Shown here: one piece after another, positions 1-23,423 of the stretch
Layout: every line of letters begins with the position of its first letter
How positions within the stretch are numbered: the stretch's first letter is position 1
Source of the DNA: Hormiphora californensis
Lineage: Eukaryota > Animalia > Ctenophora
Length of the DNA: 64,000 nucleotides
Direction: 5' to 3'
Assembly (NCBI GenBank): GCA_020137815.1
Contig: CM035360.1
Span: forward strand, 4,836,001-4,900,000
Translations under genes and position numbers: made by a program
The notes under the pieces: model-generated
What the model saw: the letters and a program-made list of their open reading frames with translations, nothing else
The model's database searches: none
What the model was told of the DNA's origin: nothing

Positions 1-1078
1 TACATCAATATATGAGCAGAGAAATACCCACTATACAATGCAATCATGCTGCTGGAAATGCATTCTAAATTGCAGTGATTATATAAATTGCAGCGGTGCA
101 ATCACGAGCAACTTCACTGCGATGCACCCCCTCATTTACACATGAAAGGATCAGTGCTAACTCGCATTAATTAGATGACGTTCAACTGAAACTATAAAAT
201 AAACAGATGCTGGTCAAAGCATATTGTGCAGCTGTATTGTTTAGAGATGGTGCAATATATCCAAAATTTGATTGATTTTGGGTTTTGATTTTCGATATAT
301 TATGTACACTATGGTAGGATGTAAACACGGCAATAATACAGATCTGGCAGCAGTACGGAAATTGTCTTAATTTACCAATTTCTTTACTAACCATACTAAT
401 TAACGATCAAGATAGCGGTGTGATATTTCTATATACGTCAACAGTGCAGCTCTATGTTTGATATAGTCAACTGCTCAAATTATCAAAGCGATAAAAGCTT
501 AGACAGGCAGCTAGCCGACTGTACGTGTGGAGAAGTTGCTGCAACGGAGGATGAATATTGAATGTCGAGATCGAGTGTATAATAGATGTCCTAATTGGGG
601 GGGGGGGCTAATCTGCAGTACATAATATATGTAAAGGAAGCAATGATCATATCGTGTGTGTAGCAGCAGGTAACATGTGAAGGGTAAAGAAGGCGGGGAC
701 AATGTTCATAACAAAGGGAGTTCATAAGGCAGGCCATCAAAAGAAAGAGGAGGAGGGAGCATTCCTAAGAACCAGCCCCCTGTCGATAGGGCATTTAAAA
801 GTAGAACGGGAGTAGAACCCACTAAACATGTACACCATGACAATGTACTATAGCAGGTTACAAGCAGCACTTTTAGGCACAAGGAACATACTATAATGAG
901 TGGAAACCTCAGACCACAAACACGTTCTTCGGAAAACCCAATTATGCATTCTGAATGAAGATAAACTAATGCTAGAGATCCCCGAAAGAACAGTATTCCT
1001 GAAAAATTCTGTTAAGGAGTGGTCGTATAATGATTGAGTGAGTAGAGAGAGAGAGAGAGAGAGAGAAAATAAAGCGAA

Positions 1079-1144
<66 letters not shown>

Positions 1145-1888
1145 TTATCTCCAGTACTGATACAACAGATGGCAAACTACTCAGTTCTCAATCTTGTCTC
1201 CCCCCATCAACTTTACGGACTACAGACTGCAGATTCTCTTTCCCTCACTATCCCTCCATATCCCTATCTTTCCCTCTCTTTCCCTCCCTTTATCTCTCTT
1301 TCCCTCTTTGGACTTGGTTTGGTTTGGACATATTTTCTCTCCGATCTCATAAATATTAAATGGCCCCAATTCCCTCAAACACTTGTTGAGTGGAGACTCT
1401 CCACACACTCCATTAGCAGTCTTGTGTAGAGCTGTGAAATTCGCACTGAGCACTCAAAAAAAACAAGTACTGAGCAAGGAGAGATAGATGCTCAGAGAGA
1501 GATGAGACAAAGAGAGAAAGTGAGAGAGAGAGAGAGAGCGAGCGAGAAAGATGCCCAGAGAAGGAGAAAATGGGGGTTGAGGGGTGCTAATGCAGTACTC
1601 CAAACACACGATAGGTTTTCTTTATGCAGGAGATAAGATAATGGGCATTATCTGGCTATGATGCTCATGATGATGGACAGAGGGCTGTATTACAATAGAT
1701 GATCATCTATAATGTGAATTGTATATTGTACATGCCATTACAACAAAAAGTACAACTATCCCAGCGATTATGATCAGTAGGCATTTATTAAGAATGTGCT
1801 GTGTAATCACTTTGTAACAGCTGAACTGCAGTAGCTATGGATTTAATCCTGGGAAGCAGCATTATTAGCATTACTATTAGCACTACTA

Positions 1889-2973
1889 TCACTGCGCTGG
1901 CAAGCGCAAAGGTGACCCCATCCATCCCCCGAAAAAAAATTCCCCCAAAAACGGCCCGCTTGCTCACAGCGTATATATAGTTATTTCATACTTTTAGCCC
2001 ATTTTGGCACTTTTTGACATGCCATAACTCCCGAACCGGAAGAGCTAGGAAGCTGAAATTTTGTACTTAGAAGCTTCTTGTAGACCTCTATCGATGGTAA
2101 AAATTTCAAGTGGCTAGCTCTTTTTGTTCAAAAGTTATAACACCACCCCCAAAACAGAAAATTCAGTGTGGGGATAACTAGGTTGATACATACATACATA
2201 TATATATATACATAGACGTATAGACGCTTTGTTACCTTCCGTTTGGTCCCAGTTTGAGACGAACCAGACATCGTACGACCTTAAACCAAGCGGCATTCGA
2301 CAGACAATTGTCTCGTGCATGTACCCATCTGGGTGACGACTCTCCATCTTACCTATGATGCGCGCAATGACGTCATGAGTGACGTCATTGCGCGAGACCG
2401 ACTAACTTTTTTCAAACGCCTCTAGCACCCTGAAGACGTGTTCCAATTTCTGATTTGACGAAAAATCGTTACCGGCAAATCGTCTGAACTTTCAGATCCT
2501 TTATAGCGAATTTTTGTAGCTTATCATTTTGAGCCCTTAAATCGCGTCGGAAGTAAAAAATTTGACGAAAAATTCAGCAAATTGAACGTTTTTCGAGCAA
2601 AAACTCCCTTTCCTGACCACTGTGGTCAATGAAACTTTACAAGCTCCTTTGGGGTATTGATTCAAAATATATTGTGATGCAATTACGTCGTTACGACGTC
2701 ACTAATTACGTCAAATGACGTCATTATGACGTCTAAAATACGATTTTCACAGAAATTCGTCTCGTTTCTCATATAACGCATCATTTCGACAATATTACAT
2801 CATGAAATAATGTCATGCTGCGATTAGAAACCAAAAAGGGACCTAAATTAAGCCAAAAACTAATTGAAATTAGTTGGCGGGAAAGGTGACCCACTTACAC
2901 CTTTGCCTGCTGCCGGGATCAGGGATATAAGAGGTGAATATAATGGAATAAGACAGTGAAAGAGAGTGTGATA

Positions 2974-3072
<99 letters not shown>

Positions 3073-3160
3073 ACAGGGAGACAGGGAGGGGAGAGAGAGG
3101 GATAGAACGAACAGGAATAAGTTAACCTTTCCCGCCAACTAATTTCAATTAGTTTTTGGC

Positions 3161-3164
<4 letters not shown>
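1889..3164 (-). mobile_element. Non-autonomous Helitron/Helentron (DINE-1/HINE)-like element, copy 1
   Basis: Near-identical inverted copy at 32553-33919. Read on minus: 5'-TTAAGCC..., ~40-bp inverted repeat (2847-2887 / 3125-3164) around a (GA)n tract, core, 3' GGTCACCTTT + hairpin GCGCT-TGCC-AGCGC + AGTGA. Inserted between host A and T with no TSD. Confidence 0.8.
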
Positions 3165-13588
<10,424 letters not shown>

Positions 13589-14429
13589 TATATCTGAGGG
13601 GCGAGGTTGTTTTAGAAGAGATGACAATCAAATTGTATATCGACACAGGAGCGAGATATGATAGTTCCATGATAGTAGGAGAGACTATACTCCACAGAAT
13701 TTAGAAGTGTCGGTCCACTTTTGAAAAAAAAGGGTTATTTGGCGGGTTTAGCGAATTGAAAAAGCGAGTTACCTACATATTTTATCATTCTACTTTTATG
13801 AGAACTAGGACCGTTCGGTAGTCAAGGATAGAACGAAGCGATCTGAACGGGTCCTTTTTTCAACTGTTCACCTCCCACTTTCGTGTGCGGATTTGTTTTG
13901 TGGGCCTATCACATTTCAACGTGTAGCGTACCCGTCAGAAATTTAAATATCGCACGTGCACGAGTTTGGGCCAGAACAGTTGAATAAAAATGAACTTAAG
14001 AACACCACGGCCCGAAATGTGCGGCAGGCACTGAACCGCCACTTCATAATTCAGTGGAGTATAGCGTTGCAAATGCAAAAACTGCGTGCCAAACATATCA
14101 TGTAATTGCAAGAGTGTGGTGAGCATTTTACGCCATAGCTCCATTACTCTCTACCAATTTGACCAACTTCTCGAACTTAAAGTAAGAGTGGCGTGTGTGT
14201 TTTCTCACAAAACTTAGTGGATGAACGGGGAGTACCACCAGGACCATTGGTACGGTATCGAAAATTTCCAATTCTGTCTCGTTCATTAGTTATGACGTAG
14301 TATGTTCATTATTTCAACTTTTATAAAATTTCACCCCCGAGCCCTTTAACCGAGGCTGCTTTTTGGGCCGAAGGCCCAGCTCCGTCCCTGAGGTGCACTC
14401 TGCCAATAAAGTACCCTGCACTGAAATTG

Positions 14430-15058
14430 CTCTAACCACCAAACCACTCAACCGTTGTGGCTAATCCAAAGTTTATCTGATAGGAAATGTCAAGCCCTAG
14501 CCCCAAGCCAAGAGCCAAACCCCAGCCCTAACCCAAACCTACTTAAGCCCTAACCCTAACAACCGTGGGTACTGACACTCCAAACATGAAACAGCCAATT
14601 TTTTGGCAATCGCTGCTGACCCAGCGGGATAAGTCAGCGCTTTTCAAATAAATTTTAAACGTTGGCTCCACCAAACCACCAAATAAAACCGCTCAACCGA
14701 TGCAGCTGTGTGGTGGGCGCCGTTGCGATATAATCTGGGTGTTTGGTGGCGGGCACGATTATAATCTGGGTGCCTTGCAGCCTGTTTACAGGTGTGCGCT
14801 ACCAAAAGAGTATACTTAGACCGACTTTTTTCAAACGGCTATAGCCATGGAACCACATGGCCAATTTGAGTAAACTAAACGGTATCATATAGAGAATCGA
14901 TAGCCCTAACCGATAGCCCCAAACCAAACCAGACCCTAACAACATCCCTAACCCGTCACGCGCACCAAATCGACGAAATGTTAGCAATGGAAGGCACCCA
15001 GATTTTAACGTTTTCCCACTGGCCACTGTTTGGAAAACGTTGCTGGCACCCAGCGTGG
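14430..15058. repeat. Interspersed repeat with CCCTAA-like subrepeats; related to 53462-53775
   Basis: ctctaacc(a/g)ccaaaccactcaaccgtt...gtttatctg(a/g)taggaaatgtcaag, gggcgccgtt(g/a)cgat and cacccagattttaa are shared with 53462-53700. Confidence 0.65.
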
Positions 15059-15060
15059 GA

Positions 15061-15390
15061 TAGTGAACCATAATAAAGTTCAAGAGCGTCCAAGAGCACC
15101 CAAGAGCACACCACAATCAAGAGAGACCAAAATCAAGAGCGCACCACAATCAAGAGAGACCAAATTCAAGATCGCACCACATCTGGTATCTTCTGGATGG
15201 GGAGCTCTCTAGGATGTAGTGCGCTCTTGATTTTGGTCTCTCTTGATTGTGGTGCACTCTTGATTTGGTCTCTCTTGGTTGTGGTGCGCTCTTGATTTTG
15301 GTCTCTCTTGATTGTGGTGCGCTCTTGATTTTGGTCACTCTTGGAAGGGGTGCGCTCTTGGACGCTCTTGAACTTTATTATGGTTCACTA
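15061..15390. mobile_element. Foldback/MITE with ~37-bp TIR and ~30-bp subterminal tandem repeats
   Basis: TAGTGAACCATAATAAAGTTCAAGAGCGTCCAAGAGC at the left and its reverse complement at the right; inner caatcaagagagaccaaaatcaagagcgcacc units mirrored. Confidence 0.85.
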
Positions 15391-15446
15391 TAAGGCAGAG
15401 AAACAGCAATCCGACACCGGGGTCTCAGATAATAAACGCAGCGCGG

Positions 15447-15778
15447 TAAGTCGGAAGAAGGTGTCCGTTTGTCTCATGAGGCCTCATGAGGCGCCTCATG
15501 AGACATTTTCAGCTGTTTCAGTGCCTCATGAGGCCTATGAGATATCATGAGGCGCCTCATGAGGCACTGCTCATGAGGCCTCATGAGACATGTGCCTCAT
15601 CCCAACTTTGTTTCGATGCCTCATGAAGTCTCATGAGCAGTTTCGACCCGCAGTGCCTCAAGATCACTTCCTGTCAAACCCTTTCAATCCGCTGTATTTA
15701 TGCCTCAGCCCTCAGGTGGCCAGACAAAGTTGTGCTTCAGTGTTCATTTAAAATTAAGTAGGATAGGTACCACCTCAC

Positions 15779-15830
<52 letters not shown>

Positions 15831-15837
15831 CCTCTCT

Positions 15838-15872
<35 letters not shown>

Positions 15873-15934
15873 CTCTTACTCTCTCTCTCCCTCATGAGGC
15901 CTCATGAGACAACCGGACACGTTCTTTCGACTTA
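15447..15934. mobile_element. MITE with ~45-bp imperfect TIR, rich in the palindrome CTCATGAG
   Basis: taagtcggaagaaggtgtccgtttgtctcatgaggcctcatgagg versus cctcatgaggcctcatgagacaaccggacacgttctttcgactta. Confidence 0.8.
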
Positions 15935-16353
15935 AAAAATCCAAATAAAAGCAATCTGGCGATCTGAAAAAAAAACATCTGACAAAAAGTTAAGAAACCA
16001 AAACACGCAAAAAAACTAAACACGGCGTCCGACGCCAAACGGCGCATTAAATGGAACGCGCGAATTTTGTCTGTAAGCGTTGCCGAGTTTAAACCCGCGT
16101 GCAGCTGCATCCAGGAAATTTCGTCTTCCGTGGCGATTTTTATCAAAACGTTTTCTTTTTGGCGACTGGGTCCTGAGATCAGAGATGTTTCATGTTCCTG
16201 GGAGAAGGGCATGGCAAGGGACTTCTCCCAGGAACATGAAACATCTATATCCGATATCCGTTGGTTTTCCTGCTTTCATGTGGAATTAATAAAAGTTAAA
16301 ACGCGAAAATTTTCAAACTTTTCAACACTACTTTAAACAAATTAATTTGAGAA

Positions 16354-17316
16354 ATGACAACGACAGAGGAGAAGGGTGATAGCCCTATGATAAATGATGA
16401 CTCAATCGCACCATGGGCTCTTCATCTTTCAATGATCTTCAACCCTGCCTGCCGGAAAGAAATGGAAGCTAATCCCAACCCTCAAGATTGGGACATTGAT
16501 CATGCTAAAATCAAGAGGTTCAGTGACGCCCAAATCGACAATCATGATAGAATGTTAAGGAATGCGTTCAAAAACTGTAGCATTGAGGAGGTTATTAATC
16601 TGAGTAGCAGGACTATTGTTAGCAGTATACGTGTTGCAAATCGGTATATGAATTCTCATCATGTCATGGAGTGTAAAGTGAAAGAAGCTGAACTGCGCAT
16701 GCAGAAATGCAAGGAGGAACTTGATAAGCATCGGATCTCTGTAATTGACCTGCAGAAGAAGATTATCGCTCTACAAGACCGCCATCTCGAGTCTGCGTCC
16801 AGTTCTGTTGCTAAAATGAAAGCATATTCTACCGTTTTGAGTCAAAACTGCTCTGTGATCACCCCTAAGGTAGTGAAAAATGCAGCAACCCCTCGGATCT
16901 CAGCGTCTAGCAATGCAGTGGTGGAGCCTGATAGAGCTAAAAACCTCGTGGTGTTTGGTTTACCTGAGTCTACGACCCGAGTTGATTCAATCTCAGTGAA
17001 AGAACTATTCGAAGAGTTAAATGAGAAACCTGTTACTAAATCGATGAAACGAGTCGGCCAAAAACTGGATTCAAGTTCCAAAACGAGACCACTGGTTATC
17101 TCTCTGGAGAGCAGAGAATCTCTGTTAGCACTTCTTAGGAAAGCAAAACTCTTGAAACAGTCGGAAAACTTTTCATCTGTATTTTTCTCACCGGATCTAA
17201 CTCCTGTTCAACAAAAGGAACGAAAACAACTAGTAGAAACCGTAAAGAGGCTTAGACTGGAAGATCCAAATGGGAAATATTACATTCAAAACGGGATCAT
17301 TAAAATGGGTTACTAA
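16354..17316 (+). CDS. Non-LTR retrotransposon ORF1-like protein (coiled coil + RRM/CTD type), no ORF2
   Basis: 320 aa; coiled coil then RAKNLVVFGLPES...KRVG...RPLVISL...KAKLLK...VFFSPDLTPVQQKERKQL...YYIQNGII, typical of CR1/L2/L1 ORF1p. No endonuclease/RT ORF follows. Confidence 0.8.
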   Translation: MTTTEEKGDSPMINDDSIAPWALHLSMIFNPACRKEMEANPNPQDWDIDHAKIKRFSDAQIDNHDRMLRNAFKNCSIEEVINLSSRTIVSSIRVANRYMNSHHVMECKVKEAELRMQKCKEELDKHRISVIDLQKKIIALQDRHLESASSSVAKMKAYSTVLSQNCSVITPKVVKNAATPRISASSNAVVEPDRAKNLVVFGLPESTTRVDSISVKELFEELNEKPVTKSMKRVGQKLDSSSKTRPLVISLESRESLLALLRKAKLLKQSENFSSVFFSPDLTPVQQKERKQLVETVKRLRLEDPNGKYYIQNGIIKMGY

Positions 17317-17681
17317 CTCGTTTCGTATGTTTACGTAGAACGTTCGTGTGTTTTGGTCTTATAACCACTTTAGGAAGTGTGTGTGTTCGTATAGCGTTGG
17401 CTATCAATACGGACACCGTTATTTACACTAGAAAGTGGTATATTAAATGCATATATTACATTTACATTTACATTTACATTAGTTTCTTAAAATTGGTATC
17501 AGTACAAACGATCAGAAAATCAAAAACACTTCCCTACATTACGCTCAGGCTCTCCAGAAAATGCACTTTCACGTCTTAACAAAAGCTATCGCGTGATGAT
17601 GAAATATTGACTAATGTGTTATGTCCCATTTGTGCCATTTGTTATACATAAATTTATTTATACCATTAATTTGATTGATAT

Positions 17682-20636
17682 TTAATCGTCAGTAACAGCA
17701 TATATCTTTGCCACATCATCCTCTGAAAAATACTCTACAGGGAAGAGATAAAACTGACTTATGACTGGCACAGAACGGCTAAAGATGTCATATCTAAATA
17801 TTTTCAAAATCAATAAATGGAAGTAAAATAGAATCTTCTCTCCAGTTCCAATCAATTCAATCATTCCCTTTTTCACTTCATTAACTGAATCACGCTTGAT
17901 CTCATTGACATCATCGATTGCCAAACCTGTCACTAGGTTTAATAGAATGAGATTAACTAGTATGCCGAAGGAAACCAATAGCAGCATAGTCAGGGTAAAG
18001 CTTCTCTCGGAACTGTTGATGTCAAGATCATCATACTCGAGTCCCGTGAAAAACCGGACCCATACCCAGAAAAACGACTCACTCATAAAGCCATCGTTCA
18101 CCGCGACTGCAAGCATTATTTTGAATGAAACGAGGAAAAATATCATCTGAGGAATAATCTTCATGACGGTCAAGAGAATTCGGTAAACCATGATGAAATA
18201 AATGCCAACTTTTGGGAAATACCTCAGAATAAGGAACATGTTGCACAGGCTAAATGCAACTGCAATGAAAGCAAACACTTTTTTAAGCCAAAGATTACCG
18301 GTAAAACTGCAGCCAACGAAGGAAACTGTACTTATATACAGAATCAGCTCGGTTACGTTGTCTGCATTATTAATGTAATAGAGAATATTTCTGGGCAACA
18401 CTTTTAAACTTTTGCAAACATTTCTTGATTTTCCTTTATCGGAATTAGACACTGTAAACAAAAAGTCAAACACTTCACCGATCAAACGTAGTATTGCCAT
18501 TACCAGCAGAATCAGCTCCAGGTTGTTGACTTCATTCGCTCTAAGGAATTCTTCTTGCCACTCGACGGGGGATTCATCTGGGATCTTTGCCGTGGGATAG
18601 ACTGCTACTATGAGCATCCCTAAAAACGCCAGAAAAAATGCTAGTGACAACCAAAACCAAAGTCGTCCAATTTGAGACCATTTGATGTCAATCAATTGTT
18701 TCAGCACAGGATGGACAAGAATTCCACCAGTTTCAGAATCATCCGTTTGAGTTCCAGCAGAGTTTGCAATATGATCCAAGAATGTTGCTCCACTCTGCAG
18801 TAGTGTGCTTTGCCTGCCACCAACCCATACGCCGCTAAACCAGAAAGTCTTTCGAAAGCTGTTCACCCTGAGATCTTCAGGCACTTTTTCGAAAGTTGTT
18901 GGACTTTCGAACAACCCGAGTGATGTGAAATCCATCTTAACAAATTTTTTCTCCGATTCAGCACAAGTTTCTTTGATTCTCACAATACTAATAGATGCAT
19001 CGAGAAACCTTCTCAGACTGCGGGGAAGATGTTTTGATGCTACATCCGGAGACACAAGCTTCAGGATGCACTGCCAAGATTTAAGTTCGTGGACTTCATC
19101 AAGTTTTGTTAACTTGTGCAGGTCAACAAGTAGGACGATCCAGTAATCCACCGACGCCAATCTCAACACATTTGTCAAGGCAGAGGGTGCCATCTTCAAG
19201 AGTTACACAGAGGTATTGGACGAACTCGTGACAATCCATTACTTTGTGGGCAGCAGTCAGGACCAACTCAACGCATCCACTAGACCCAGATGAAACTCCG
19301 ACCCCGAAGGGGGTCATTCCACTGCATTCCGCGAGCAGTAACTTTCCCAGTAACATGTCATCGAAACTCATTAAACTCAAAACCCGACTAACCACTGCCG
19401 TGTGGCCTTTTTGTGAAGCTCGATGTAACACTGTACTCTCGTTTTTGCCCCCTTCCATAAGCATATCCAGCATTAGCTCATACTCCATCACTGCAGTACA
19501 TGTAGCCAGCATAATCTCCATGGTCTCAGTTCTACCGTCCAATACAGCGCAAGCCACCATTCCCTTGGTGTACATATCATTTGCTAGAAGCACCTCACGT
19601 CGTAGATCTGGGCTGTCTTCCACTGCTGCCAGTATCAACTTCACAACTTCCGTGTGACCCAACTTTGAAGGTTGATGGAGCGGGGTCTGTATCCTGTCCG
19701 TAACTGCCAAAAGCACCTCCCGCAGTAAAGCTTCGTCGGTGGATAAGTTCAACCACACCGATGTGATTAGGATAAGTTCAACCACACCGATGTGATTGAG
19801 CTCTGAGGCACGGTGCAACGGGGTGTTCTTCGACTCATCTTTTGCCAATAGAACGTCCCTCTGTAATTCTTGGTTGCTCTCTAGGGTACTCAGAATCACT
19901 TTTACTACTTCCTTTTTGCCTTGAAGAGAAGCTCGGTGAAGTGGTGTCCGCTGATATTTGTCACCCGATAACAGAACGTCATGTAATATCCCACAGTTTG
20001 CTGCTGTGGCTATAATCTCCTGTACAACTTCTGTCTTGCCATGATGGCATGCCCAATGCAGGGCAGTGTTTCCACGATTGTTTACCGCCAGGAGGACCTC
20101 TTTGTAGTTTAGTGACCCTTCGGCGGTAGCAGCATCCAAGAGGGCCTTTACTATCCCACAGTGATTGTATAGAGCAGCAATATGCAGCGGAGTTACCTCA
20201 CCGAGGTGCCTCTCTTCCTCTTGGTGATCCTCGCCAGTGTATTTGTAGTTGAAGTCACATTTGCTAAGTAGTACCTCCTCCGTTATGTCGAGAGATTTTG
20301 ATCTTTCTAGTATTTTCATCAGCTGCGGAATATCGTTTTCCACGCAGAGTTTGTGTATTCGTTTCAGCTGTCCTGGTTTTCCATCTCGTTCAAGGATATC
20401 TTCTACCGTCCACTGAAGTGGCGTTGTGTTAGTTTGGTGCGTATCAAAATTGATTAAAAGAATTTGCAATTTACGTTAGAGATCTCGATTGATGTTTATG
20501 TTCTATAAAAACATAAGTTGTGACATACATAATTAAATTACTTCAATATAATTACTTTATCAAGATCGCTTCCAGTCGGAGGATTTACTTCGGGTTTATC
20601 TGACTCGGTATGATCCCCATGGGACGTCTCTGATTC
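17682..20636 (-). CDS. TRPA-like ankyrin-repeat cation channel, one frameshift near 19130-19190
   Basis: Ankyrin repeats (TPLHIAA, TALHWAC, TPLHRAS) in ORF 19123-20469; channel part in ORF 17682-19199 with HPVLKQLIDIKW, six TM segments, pore FFTGLEYDD, S6/TRP-like LLNLVTGLAIDDVNEI. Probable upstream exon ~20556-20636; start not resolved. Confidence 0.8.
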
Positions 20637-22287
20637 CTGTAAAGAGGGCTGCTAGAGTGGGTGACACAATGATAAAGAAACCGCCACCTATGAACAGTTC
20701 GTGGTCTAGACATTGAAGACATTTTTGAGATTTCTGTATTGAGGGTTGCTAGATCTAGCACTCGAGTGGGTGAAAAGAAAACAACAATTGTTTGTGTTTC
20801 GTGATCCAGACAGGTCGAGACTTACCGGGCTAGATATGAGAGGATGAACTGCCCCTAATTCCAAGTCTCCCGAATTCATCGGATTTTAAAGCTAGAAAGA
20901 AAACTGAATCAGTAGAAACGATACTACCCTCATTTGTTTTCAGAATTATAGTAGGTTATAGGTTGGAAATGGCTTGCAGACAAAATCCACTATTAATTTC
21001 AGAGTCAAGGAAATCAAGATCAAGCTGGAAAAAGGGGTTTATTTTTAACATATTTTAGTTTGTGTACAGTGTACACTCGTCACTCACAAGAACGAAGATG
21101 GGTTATTAAATGCTTATTAGCGCATATTTAGTGAAGCACAGTCCAAGTACAATCAAACCCGGTCTATGGCATATATGTATCTTGTCCTGCAAGAAAGAGA
21201 GAAAACAAAATTGCTCGCTAGGCAGCAGGCACTAACTTGATAGTACTATGTTTCTAATTGACATACACGGGAAAGAAATACAGCATTAACAATTGCTGTT
21301 TCTCAATTCTCTCTTTGTATGCTGTCTGCAACGAAGTACACTTTTATTGTGTCACACAACATAAAGTATTTTGAATAAGCAAATATGCTTTTGTCTATTG
21401 GAAATGCAATATGTTGCACAAGTTCCATTTGTTTCTCTTTACACATTTGCAGATATTTCTGTCGCCATGTACTATTCTCTATCTGACGGCGCCACACCCC
21501 GTTTTTAATCTCAAAGCACGCGACAGCGTGCACTCAGATCGAGATATATAAATTACAGACTATTTATTATTATGATAGATTATTTAATTGTTAAAAAGCA
21601 CTGTAAGTAGGTAGTAAGTTAAAGTAGTAACTACTAAGATCATTGTGATTTAAATGGGCAAATTGGAAAAAGCAAAGTCATATTCGTTCACTTGTGTTAA
21701 TAACGTGTTTACTCAGCTTGGAAATTTGGGCCGGCGTTCGGAGGAATACTGAATAGGGCCTATCCTCTCTCTCACTCTCTATAATCTTACTCCATATCCG
21801 TCTCTGTCGCGGTGTGTTTACATACCGCCCCAGCCGAACAGGGGCAGCAAAACATAGCCAAGGAATAATAGCAAGAACAATCGAGTAGTGGACTATAGGT
21901 ATTTGTCTAGAGCTACAGACCCAATCTGAGAACTAATAGCCGCGGGACCGAACAAACAAAGCAATGCAAAACAATCTCTGAACGAAAGGCGCGGTGTCTA
22001 AATAAAGACTATTAGGAACATCACTCTTATCATAATATTATGCAGACTAGGAACTATAAGCTCACATTTCTCTACTCCTAGGAGCTCCTTTTATCTTTTA
22101 TGGAATTGCCCGCATGGGCGCATGGCTTTTTAGACTTATATCGAGCAAAAATAGACCACACAAGAGGGTAGATCAAGACAATATTAAACACTGAACATTC
22201 TGTCCCTTTTCTTTTGTAGTATTACATTTTGTATTTGTTTCTTTATGTTCGATCTCTTGCTCAGAACACAACGCTTATAGCTGATAT

Positions 22288-23423
22288 ATGGGTAGTATAG
22301 CTAGCAAGTTTTGGGGTTCATCCAGTCACGATGAGGAACCGGACAAAAAGATCGCGATGCTTGGTTTGGATGCCGCAGGCAAGACAACCATCCTGTATCG
22401 ACTGAAATTGAACGAAGTAGTAACAACTATACCAACCATTGGATTCAATGTCGAACAAGTGTCACCGTGCAAAGGTAATGTTGAAAACTTGCAACCTTGA
22501 AAAGATTTAACTTCGAATATTTTCAAATTTTTCTGTAGAAATCAGGAACACCCGAACAGTATAGGATATCCCTTTGCTATGTTCTAACCCTCCTTTACAT
22601 TTATATCTACATCTCACCGTGCAGGGACACAGTGACATAGGACCTATAAAAGGAAAAGCTCCATGACCCTGACCTGGAAAGCTAAATGTTAAAATCACGT
22701 AATCTGGTGTTTTCAGGAATCAGTTTTGTGGTATGGGATGTCGGTGGGCAGGATAAGATTCGACCCATGTGGAGTTATTATTACAGGGACGCCAACGGAG
22801 TTGTTTTCATTGTCGATAGTCATGAGGGTAGCTACCCGGGAACAGATGACAATGATCGACTCTCTGTAAGTACTAAAGTTCTTTTCGGGAGAATGACGAC
22901 TCTTGACTTTTGAGTCTTGATAATAAGTGAATACTAAAGTAGTTTGATGCAGGAGGCAGCGGATGAGTTGCGAGGAATTGTGGAGTCAAGCGAACTCCCT
23001 CCAAACGTACCTTTTCTGATTCTGGCAAATAAACAGGATCTACCGGATGGTTTTAGTCTCGACCAATTGGTGGAAAAACTAGATCTCCACTCAATGAAGT
23101 AAAAAAGACTAGATACTCAATTAAAAAGTTAACGTGTACAGTTATTCAAAACGCCCGTTCTCCACTACAAGCGACACTGTTATTCGAGATCTCCTGCATA
23201 CACTGCACTTTGACTTGGCACTCACAATCTTCCCTTCAGGAATAACCAGTGGCATATACAACCCTGCTCTGCTACAACCGGCGATGGCCTCTACGAAGGC
23301 TTCGAAAAGCTTTCAGAGATGCTGAGATGCGGACGATGTTTGAGATGTGCAAGTAAGAGTCGAACTGATGCAATCATTGATGAAAAGTCTGCTAAAGAGA
23401 TTGAAAGAGAAAGAGAGTGGTGA
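22288..23423 (+). CDS. ADP-ribosylation factor (ARF/ARL) family GTPase, paralog 1
   Basis: Exons 22288-22474, 22717-22865, 22953-23098, 23240-23423; MG myristoylation start, [33 protein letters not shown]. Confidence 0.92.

Noticed and set aside
1890-1918. CACTG... end read as a Transib/RSS-like TIR beside an Artemis-rich locus
   Set aside because: No matching opposite TIR or 5-bp TSD; hairpin and A|T insertion fit rolling-circle elements; no RAG-like ORF in the window.
2135-2347. [16 protein letters not shown]... repeated at 33479-33673
   Set aside because: Short ORF inside the duplicated non-autonomous element; no Rep or transposase motif.
13690-14420. Possible transposon fragment with hairpin tgggccgaaggccca
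   Set aside because: No TIR pair, TSD or second copy found in the window.
14490-14565. CCCTAA units as an interstitial telomere
   Set aside because: Few, degenerate, and part of an interspersed repeat also found near 53600.
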